Shown piece after piece: positions 9,070 to 16,311 of a stretch of DNA of 60,930 bases (the first letter of the stretch is position 1; each line of letters starts with the position of its first letter). The stretch comes from a virus (lineage: Duplodnaviria; Caudoviricetes). The notes beneath the pieces were generated by a model. The model saw nothing but the letters and a program-made list of their open reading frames with translations, was not told the DNA's origin and did not search any database. The stretch covers positions 1 to 60,930 of the IMG/VR virus record IMGVR_UViG_3300037119_001810. One strand, 5' to 3'. A program made the position numbers and the translations under genes.

Positions 9070-9450
9070 ATGAACGAGAACATCATCACCCTGTCCAGCG
9101 ACGACCGCACCGCGACCGCTCTGGTCGCCGTCATCCGCTCCGCCGTCAACGGCAAGGGCAAGTACGACGCGTACGTCGGGGACCACAGCGTCACCCGCGA
9201 GACGGTGAAGGACCACGCGCTGGCCCTCGCCGTGTTCGCCTACCCGAACGAGAAGCCCGTCCAGAAGGTCGACGGCAAGCGCACCAAGTTCGGCAACGCG
9301 GTGCAGGCCGCTGGCAACGGGCTGCGCGCCGCGCTCGACAAGGAGGAGAACGACGGCGAGCCCGTCGTGAACCTGCTCACCCGCGCCGGTCTGCGAGCCG
9401 AACTGCAGGACGTCATCGACGCGTGGAACGCCGCGCAGGACAACAACTGA
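9070..9450 (+). CDS. First early protein, hypothetical (126 aa)
   Basis: GAGGAG RBS, strongly biased GC3, preceded by hairpin 9007-9040. Confidence 0.8.
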   Translation: MNENIITLSSDDRTATALVAVIRSAVNGKGKYDAYVGDHSVTRETVKDHALALAVFAYPNEKPVQKVDGKRTKFGNAVQAAGNGLRAALDKEENDGEPVVNLLTRAGLRAELQDVIDAWNAAQDNN

Positions 9451-9632
9451 CACACCCCCGCCACGGTGCGCAGTCCAGTGAGTCGGTGCTAGGTCAAGCA
9501 CCTAGCACCGACTCGGCTGGCTCGGCATACCGCCGGTTTCCAGAAACGACACGAGGGAGGCACGACCATGAACGGATATGACGAGAACGGCTGGCCCGAC
9601 GGCTCGGCCAGCGACGAGGAGTTGAGGCACCC

Positions 9633-9854
9633 GTGAACGCCTCACAGGTCGACCGCCGGGTCACCGCCATGAGGGCTAGGTCTAGCACCAAGCCCGCCCG
9701 TGTCCGCCCTGTCCGCCACTTGGGGCAGGCGTCGCTGTCCTACGGGGGCCGCAACAGGTCAGCGACCCGGATGACCGGAGCCCAGCGCAACAGCATCGGT
9801 CGGACCAGCGAGTGGAGCATGTCGCCGTACGCACCGAAGGGTGGCTGGCGATGA
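9633..9854 (+). CDS. Small basic hypothetical protein
   Basis: Coupled by GTGA/ATGA overlaps to mini-ORFs 9568-9636 and 9851-9904. Confidence 0.5.
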   Translation: MNASQVDRRVTAMRARSSTKPARVRPVRHLGQASLSYGGRNRSATRMTGAQRNSIGRTSEWSMSPYAPKGGWR

Positions 9855-10590
9855 TCTGGCTCGTGCTGATCGTCGGGGTGACGTGGCTCGGGATCAGGGT
9901 CTAGTGCCGTGGGTGCTAGGCATAGCACCGGCCACAGTGGCACGGTGCCCAACCAGACCGGATCATCGGACCGGGCGGCGTACCCGCACCGCACCCGGCA
10001 AGCCCTACGGGACGGTGCTCTGGAGTCTGAGCCTGACCTGCCAGTGGAGGGGGTGCGCCTCGGTCTTGACTGCGAGTCGGCTCCTCGTGTTGTGAGGGAG
10101 GGCCGCTACGCTCCGCCCTTCAAGCCCTACCGGTACGGCGACTCGGGGCTCCTCGCTGATCGCGCTGCGGCTCTGAGCCCCGATCCTAGCGATCCTGTCA
10201 AGTGCTAGACCTAGCACTGCTCTGAACAGGGCGAGGGTTTCTGGAAACAAGACACGGCTCCCCGCCATAGTCCCGTGCCGTCCGAGGGGGCTCACTGTGT
10301 CCGTCGAGTGGCGGCGAGTGGTCTCCCTCGGTTCCGACCCCGCCGCCCGCCGGACGTTCCGCCCCCGGACCGTCGACCGCTTCGCAGCCGACTCGGCTAG
10401 CCTGAGTCTAGCACACGCCACCTAGTAAAATGGGTGCTACACCTAGCACCCCCAACCCCAGAGAGGCAGGCTCCGATGCCCGCAACGCTCGACCCCACCA
10501 CCGCTGCGCACCCCGCTGCAGCCACCATCTACCTGTGCGAGATTGCCCGCAACGCGGCGATCCTCGCCTACCGCAGGGCACGGCGCTGAC

Positions 10591-10797
10591 ATGGCGACAC
10601 CCAAGCGGCGACGTGCCCGGTCCCGTCCGATCCGGGGTCAGCGGCACCTGACCCCGAAGCACACCTACACCCACGGTGCTACGGGTAGCACCCGACCGGC
10701 GAAGGACGACACGTACCTGCTGGACGGGCCTGATGGACAGCCGGTGCCGCACCGCTTCGACGGCAAGTGCCACCCGGACTGCGAGAACGTCCGGTGA
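10591..10797 (+). CDS. Small hypothetical protein
   Basis: ATG just after mini-ORF 10476-10589; its stop overlaps the next GTG. Confidence 0.5.
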   Translation: MATPKRRRARSRPIRGQRHLTPKHTYTHGATGSTRPAKDDTYLLDGPDGQPVPHRFDGKCHPDCENVR

Positions 10798-10946
10798 GCC
10801 GCACGACCAGAACCATCCGGACCGACCTGCCCGTCGAGGTCTGGGACAGGCTGGCCGAGGAGGCTGCCGCCAAGGGCATCCCGCTGGGCAGGCTGCTCCG
10901 CCAACTGATCGTGGCCCGCGACAAGCGCAAGCACGGTGACTCGTGA
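10794..10946 (+). CDS. 50-aa ribbon-helix-helix DNA-binding protein
   Basis: MSRTTRTIRTDLPVEVWDRLAEEAAAKGIPLGRLLRQLIVARDKRKHGDS; coupled to neighbours at both ends. Confidence 0.7.
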   Translation: MSRTTRTIRTDLPVEVWDRLAEEAAAKGIPLGRLLRQLIVARDKRKHGDS

Positions 10947-11295
10947 TGCGCCGGGTCATCGTGGCACTGGCCTATCTGACGGGCCGCACCCTTGGCAGGG
11001 TCAGCGTGAAGGTCCTGCCGCCCCGATAGTTTCCGGAAACGGTGCTAGGTCTAGCACCGAGCGGACGTAACGCATGATGGACCGACACCCTGAGCGACGG
11101 CGCTAGGCATAGCACCGGGACTGCTGGGGTCGGCCCATCGTGTGAGTCGCCCGACTCGAACCACCCTTCCATCCATCCAACAGAGGGAGGTGCCGTCATG
11201 TACGACACCACACTGAACAACCCGGCGGACATCCCGCTGGACGAGGTGCTGGCCGACATCCGTCGGGGCCAGTGGACAGACAAGGAGAACAAGGC

Positions 11296-11478
11296 ATGAC
11301 GATTCCAACCCCCACCATGCTCGCCACCCGTCCGGTGGCGATCCGCACCGTGGTCGACACCCGCTGCGGTGCCACCCGTGTCAGCGGCAAGCAGGTCGCC
11401 ACGTGCTCCCGCCACGGTGAGCACACCCGTCACGTCGACTGCCGCCAGAACGTGGCATGGGAGGGCGAGTCCAAGTGA
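11296..11478 (+). CDS. Small Cys/His hypothetical protein
   Basis: AAGGAG RBS; CGA...CSR...H..HVD pattern; follows mini-ORF 11198-11299. Confidence 0.55.
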   Translation: MTIPTPTMLATRPVAIRTVVDTRCGATRVSGKQVATCSRHGEHTRHVDCRQNVAWEGESK

Positions 11479-11643
11479 GGACCGCCGTGCATGGCACCGA
11501 ACTGGTGCTACTCCTAGCACTGGCCGTGCCCGTGCTGGTCGGTACCGTGCTGACCGGCTGGTCCTACGTCCGGATGGCGCTGGCCCGCTAGTTTCTGGAA
11601 ACCCAACCCGGTGCTACGTCTAGCACCAGAAAGTGAGAGCACC

Positions 11644-11964
11644 ATGACCTACCACACACCGATCAAGCAGGGCGACCGCGTGGCGCTGGCCCCGCACCTC
11701 GACCTGTGGATGGCGGGCATCCGCTTCGGCAACGTCGAGCAGATCCTCGTCAACGAGGAGAACGAGCGGATGTACCGCGTGGTCTGCAACCACAACACCT
11801 CGTTCTGGACCGACATCACCGGGCTGCTCGGTGCCGTCCGCCAGCCCGTGGTGGACGTGCTGGACGCCGTGGAGCAGGGTGCCACCCTCTACATGGATGA
11901 GTTCGAGGGTGAACCGCTGGACGAGCAGGGCAACCTCGTCGGCAACAAGTACCGGAGGCTCTGA
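11644..11964 (+). CDS. Hypothetical protein (SH3-like N-terminus possible)
   Basis: 106 aa; IKQGDRVAL...GNVEQI...YRV pattern; biased codon usage. Confidence 0.7.
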   Translation: MTYHTPIKQGDRVALAPHLDLWMAGIRFGNVEQILVNEENERMYRVVCNHNTSFWTDITGLLGAVRQPVVDVLDAVEQGATLYMDEFEGEPLDEQGNLVGNKYRRL

Positions 11965-12356
11965 TGATCCCGGCAGGTACTCCGCCGGGGCAGGAGCCGG
12001 GTGCTATCCGTAGCACCACCCCGATTGCCGACCGCATCGAGGCGGTGTCCACGGTACCCGTGACCCGGACGCCTCTCGTCGGCCCGACCGAGGACGACCT
12101 GCGCGCCGCCCTGCAGGGGTGGGGACAGTGAGCCGGTTCGGGTGGCTCGTGTTCTGGGCGGTGTGGATCACCATGCTCGTCGTGCTGTGGGGGATGCTCG
12201 GCTGCTCGACCGAGACGCCCTGCTGATCCGGAGGTAACGCTCGACTGTCGGTGCTGGGTGCTATGCCTAGCACCGACAGTGGAGTGAGTCACCCGGCTCG
12301 TGAGTTTCCAGAAACGCTCAACGGTTGAGCGTCCAACAGAAAGGGAGGTGCGTGCT

Positions 12357-12809
12357 ATGACTAGCACCGCCAAGCAGTACACCGTGAACGCGGTGATCCA
12401 GTGCGGCCCCGACACGGGCGTCGAGCCCGAGGTCTCGGTCCAGTGGTACAAGGGCGACAACGGGATGAAGGCCATCTCGGCTCTGGCCGGTGCTGCCGTC
12501 AACGACGAGGAGAAGGACTGGGGCGACCTGCCCGAGACCATGCGATACCGCACCCTCTCGGTCACCATGACCATCGAGGAGGTCGAGGTCGAGGGTGCTA
12601 CGCCTAGCACCGAGCCCGGCCCGGTGTCGTTCTCGTTCGACAGCGAGACGAACGACTACTCGCTGAGCGACTGCGCGTGGTGGGACATGAAGCCCCAGTA
12701 CCGCCCGTGGTGGGCGAAGGCCGACTGCTCCGGTCCCCGCATCGGTGACACGGCGCACGGCGTGCTGTGCGAGGGTCACTTCAACGCCATCCCGAAGGGC
12801 GGTGAGTGA
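12357..12809 (+). CDS. Hypothetical protein
   Basis: GGGAGG RBS; the start codon lies inside a copy of the 18-bp palindrome. Confidence 0.7.
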   Translation: MTSTAKQYTVNAVIQCGPDTGVEPEVSVQWYKGDNGMKAISALAGAAVNDEEKDWGDLPETMRYRTLSVTMTIEEVEVEGATPSTEPGPVSFSFDSETNDYSLSDCAWWDMKPQYRPWWAKADCSGPRIGDTAHGVLCEGHFNAIPKGGE

Positions 12810-12810
12810 C

Positions 12811-13089
12811 GTGAGTGCTACGCCTAGCACTGGCCCCACGGAGGGAGACGGCATCCGTACCGAGTACACCACGTACGTCGACGGCAACCCCGTCTACCAC
12901 GGTGCCTCACTGAGCGACGCAGCCCGAGCGTGGGACAAGGCCACCGTCGCCGCCGGGCAATCCGTGCCCGGCGGTGTGTCGGTCCAGTCGTGGAACCGGC
13001 ACAACATGATGGTCCGTGACGGGTGGATCATGCACGTCCACAACGACGGTACTGTCTACCTCTCGCCGTCCATCGTGGGAGCCTCCTGA
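12811..13089 (+). CDS. Hypothetical protein
   Basis: GTG 12811; the N-terminal SATPST is encoded by the 18-bp palindrome. Confidence 0.6.
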   Translation: MSATPSTGPTEGDGIRTEYTTYVDGNPVYHGASLSDAARAWDKATVAAGQSVPGGVSVQSWNRHNMMVRDGWIMHVHNDGTVYLSPSIVGAS

Positions 13090-13288
13090 AACTGGGGGTA
13101 GACAAGCCCCGCATGTTGTATTACCGTATGACCCTACGGGATGCAACACAGAGGTCGAGTGGCTGAACCGTCAGGCTGGTGCTAGGTCAAGCACCCAGTA
13201 CCAGCAGGGCGGGGGGCATCTCGGCTCCAACCCGAGGAACCCCGGACCGTCCGGGTTTCCAGAAACATCCAGAGAAAGAGAGTCCACC

Positions 13289-14242
13289 ATGGACAGCACC
13301 AACAGCAGCACCCCCGTCGACCTGATGGCGACGGACACGGAGGGCGAGAAGTCCTTCGACAAGGGCACGTGGCAGGAGGCGCTGCAGCGCAGCGCGAACC
13401 TGCTCGACCGCTCGACCAAGGCGCGCAAGCAGGCGTCCTCGCTGCTCTGGACTGGCGCGCAGACCGCCATCGAGGAGTGGCTGCCCGGTGCCGACACCGA
13501 CGTGTCGGGCGAGAACCTGTACAACGAGGTGCTCGACATCCTCGGCAAGCCCCGCAAGGGTGACGCCTCCAAGGTGCGCACCGTCGCGGTCGCCGTCAAG
13601 GACCACGGGCTGGTGCTCACCATCCACCCCAACCTGTCCAAGGCGTACGCCGAGGCCGTTCGTCTGACCAAGACGAAGCAGGTCCACGAGGACGAGGACA
13701 CGGCGGCGGACAAGGCCATCGAGGCGCTGGCGGAGAACATCCCGCACAGCACCACGACGGTCGAGGGTGCGGCGCTGATCCTGCTGAGCAAGGGGATCGA
13801 CGGCGCGGTCGTCGCCATCCTCGACGCTCTCGGTCACGGCAACGAGGCGGCTCACCGCTCCTTCATGCGAGCGGTGTCCACCGAGATTGCCGCTCGGGTG
13901 CAGGCCGCGAAGCCGAAGCCCGCGCCGAAGGCACCGGCCACGGCGAAGGGTTCGGCCAAGCCCGCCACGGGGTCGTCCCCCAAGGCGGCGGTCAAGACCG
14001 CTGGCACCAAGGCCAAGCCCGCCAAGGGCACGAAGGCGAAGCCGGTCCCGGTCTCGTCCTCGAAGGGTGACCCGAACAAGCGGGCGCTCCCGGCCAAGGC
14101 CAAGCCCGTCCAGCCCGCCACGGCGGACAAGGGCGCGCCGATCAGCGAGCCCGTCGAGGCGGGTCACGAGGCGGTCGACACCCCGACCGTCCCGGTGAAG
14201 CAGGCCGCGACGAAGGCCAAGCCGGTCGTCGTCAAGCGCTGA
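13289..14242 (+). CDS. Putative DNA-binding protein with histone-H1-like Lys/Ala/Pro tail
   Basis: 317 aa; helical N-domain followed by AKPKPAPKAPATAKG...TKAKPAKGTKAKP repeats. Confidence 0.7.
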   Translation: MDSTNSSTPVDLMATDTEGEKSFDKGTWQEALQRSANLLDRSTKARKQASSLLWTGAQTAIEEWLPGADTDVSGENLYNEVLDILGKPRKGDASKVRTVAVAVKDHGLVLTIHPNLSKAYAEAVRLTKTKQVHEDEDTAADKAIEALAENIPHSTTTVEGAALILLSKGIDGAVVAILDALGHGNEAAHRSFMRAVSTEIAARVQAAKPKPAPKAPATAKGSAKPATGSSPKAAVKTAGTKAKPAKGTKAKPVPVSSSKGDPNKRALPAKAKPVQPATADKGAPISEPVEAGHEAVDTPTVPVKQAATKAKPVVVKR

Positions 14243-14252
14243 TCCGGGCAGC

Positions 14253-14295
14253 ACATCGAGGCCCCGGTGCTTGACCTAGCACCGGGGTTTCGGTG
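14253..14295 (+). terminator. Long hairpin after the H1-like gene (terminator or processing stem)
   Basis: CATCGAGGCCCCGGTGCT / AGCACCGGGGTTTCGGTG stem with the 18-bp motif at the apex. Confidence 0.5.
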
Positions 14296-14347
14296 AGCCA
14301 CCCGGCTCGTTTCCAGAAACATCCATCCAACAGAAAGTGAGGCCGCC

Positions 14348-14590
14348 ATGAGTGAGCCTGATCCCGAGCGGTGCCCGGTGTGCGGACAGCCGGACAACTG
14401 CGGCGACTGTGACCACACGCCGGTCCTGTGCCCCGAGTGCAAGGGCGAGGGTGAGGTGACCAAGCCCGGCACCGCCACCCGCAACGAGTGGGGCGTGTGG
14501 GACAGGGACACCATGCCCTGCCCGTCCTGCCAGCCCGACCCCGGTCTGGTCGAGGACGAGCGGATCATCCGCAAGTTCGACGGCAACTGA
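14348..14590 (+). CDS. Zinc-finger protein (DnaJ-type CxxCxGxG)
   Basis: CPVCG, CGDC, CPECKGEG, CPSC. Confidence 0.65.
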   Translation: MSEPDPERCPVCGQPDNCGDCDHTPVLCPECKGEGEVTKPGTATRNEWGVWDRDTMPCPSCQPDPGLVEDERIIRKFDGN

Positions 14591-14695
14591 TCCGGACGTA
14601 ACGCATGGTGCTAGGTCTAGCCTCTGCCCCCTCCCCTCCCTAGGGGGCAGGGTGCTAGACCTAGCATCGTGTGAGTCGATCCGGCTCCAACCATG

Positions 14696-14710
14696 GTGTG
14701 TTACACTATG
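14696..14710 (+). promoter_or_regulatory. Extended -10 promoter GTGTGT-TACACT
   Basis: Near-identical copies upstream of genes at 25799-25813 and 21818-21832 (TACGCT); variant at 8376-8390. Confidence 0.6.
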
Positions 14711-14759
14711 GGGGTATCCAACACAGCAGGGTTTCCAGAAACCCCGCAGAAAGTAGGTC

Positions 14760-15740
14760 GTGATGACCGCACCAAGGAACACACCGCCCACGGGCGACGA
14801 CATCGAGTCGGCCCTCGACATCATCGAGGCCAACGGTGGCGCTGGTGACTGGGAGGAAGCGACCGGCGACAACGACGCCGGTCAGGTCCAGCGCTGGCTG
14901 TTCCCCCGCTACCTCGGCGCTGAGGACCCGGCGGACATGTACCTGTCCCGCTCCGGTCTCGGCCCCTACGACACCGACGTGGAGACGGTGGGCGCATGGC
15001 TCGCTGCTCCCCGCAACATGGTCGGTGCCGTGCTGCTGCTGGGTGAGCCCGGCACTGGCAAGACCGCGCTGATCGAGGCCGCGATCACCCACGCCGACCG
15101 GACCATGACCACCGTGGTCTGCACCCCGGACCACACGAAGGACTCACTGTTCCTCCGGTTCGTGGGAGAGGGCAACGGCGACGACGGGCGGGACGGCAAG
15201 CCGACCCCGTACACCCTCGGCGCTGTGCCCTACGCCGCCAAGCACGGGCACACCCTCTACATGGACGAGGTGATGATGCTCGTGGACGGGGTGAAGCCGC
15301 TGCTCTACCCGCTCGCTGACGGTCGACGGTTCCTCCCCGAGGGCAACGTGGACGGGTCGCCGCTGGAAATCCACGAGGACTTCCGGCTCATCCTGTCCTC
15401 GAACCCGATGGTCCGGGGTGCGTCGCTGCCCGAGCCCGTCGGCTCACGGTGCGCCAGCACCACGCTGACGGTGGACACCTCGCCCGCCATGCTGCGTGAC
15501 CTCGCCATTGACGAGTCCGTGGTGCAGGCGTGGGAGGCACTGGGCACCGCCGGTCTGTGGCGTCCGCAGATCAGGGAGATGCGTCTCGCTGACTACTGGC
15601 TGAGCATCGACCCGGCGCAGTCGGTCAGCGCGTTCCTCCCCGAGCACTGCCCGGAGAGCCAGCGTGAGCAGATCAAGAACACCGTGGTCTCGTTCCTCGG
15701 TGGTCAGGTCCGCAACGATGGCCGTCTGGTGGTGGCGTGA
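14760..15740 (+). CDS. MoxR/CbbQ-like AAA+ ATPase
   Basis: Walker A GEPGTGKT, Walker B LYMDEV, IHEDFRLILSSNP. Confidence 0.85.
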   Translation: MMTAPRNTPPTGDDIESALDIIEANGGAGDWEEATGDNDAGQVQRWLFPRYLGAEDPADMYLSRSGLGPYDTDVETVGAWLAAPRNMVGAVLLLGEPGTGKTALIEAAITHADRTMTTVVCTPDHTKDSLFLRFVGEGNGDDGRDGKPTPYTLGAVPYAAKHGHTLYMDEVMMLVDGVKPLLYPLADGRRFLPEGNVDGSPLEIHEDFRLILSSNPMVRGASLPEPVGSRCASTTLTVDTSPAMLRDLAIDESVVQAWEALGTAGLWRPQIREMRLADYWLSIDPAQSVSAFLPEHCPESQREQIKNTVVSFLGGQVRNDGRLVVA

Positions 15741-16072
15741 TGAGTGCTACGCCTAGCACCCCGGTTTCCAGAAACCGGCGGTTCGCCCGCAGGTACCGCA
15801 TGTTCGACAAGGTGAACGGCGTCGAGCAGAACCTCCACGGTGAGGTGGTCAACGGTGAGTTCGTTGACGCCTACACCACGCTCGCCACCCGTGCGTTCTT
15901 CATCAACCTCGGCGGGACCGAGGAGATGCGCCGGACCAAGGGCGGGGTGATCGTGTGCAAGTCGGTCAGCCCGCCCCACGAGGACGGCACGCACACCGTA
16001 CGGGAGGCCCGGTTCATCCCGCTGGGCGACGACGACCTGCCACTGCCCATCACCCGAGGGAAGGCGCTGTGA
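15737..16072 (+). CDS. Hypothetical protein
   Basis: Coupled ORF; its N-terminus is encoded by both palindromic motifs in tandem. Confidence 0.65.
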   Translation: MMSATPSTPVSRNRRFARRYRMFDKVNGVEQNLHGEVVNGEFVDAYTTLATRAFFINLGGTEEMRRTKGGVIVCKSVSPPHEDGTHTVREARFIPLGDDDLPLPITRGKAL

Positions 16073-16275
16073 TGCTGCGTACTCACCTGTCCTACAAGGG
16101 CCGCTCGATGAAACGGGTGCTGGTCATGGACATCACACCTGAGCACACCGACGAGGAGGTGCTAGCCGTAGCACTCGTCGCTGCTCGGGAGGACAAGTCC
16201 AGTCTGTTCGGTTGGACCATCACGCCGAACCCGGACGACGCAACCCACGCTGTCGTCACCATGCACACCGACTAG
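16072..16275 (+). CDS. Hypothetical protein
   Basis: TGATG coupling, 67 aa. Confidence 0.6.
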   Translation: MLRTHLSYKGRSMKRVLVMDITPEHTDEEVLAVALVAAREDKSSLFGWTITPNPDDATHAVVTMHTD

Positions 16276-16311
16276 TTTCCAGAAACATCCATTCCAACAG
16301 GAGGTACCACC

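Noticed and set aside
12223-12315. Hammerhead ribozyme (CTGA...GAAAC) in the intergenic cassettes
   Set aside because: The CTGA is a stop codon followed by TCC rather than CUGANGA, and GAAAC belongs to the 12-bp motif, so the hammerhead core cannot be built.
9480-12831. CRISPR or TIGR-like array formed by the 18-bp palindromes
   Set aside because: Spacing is irregular (tens to hundreds of bp), the intervals contain genes, many copies are in coding sequence, and no Cas1/Cas6/Nop-domain gene is recognisable.
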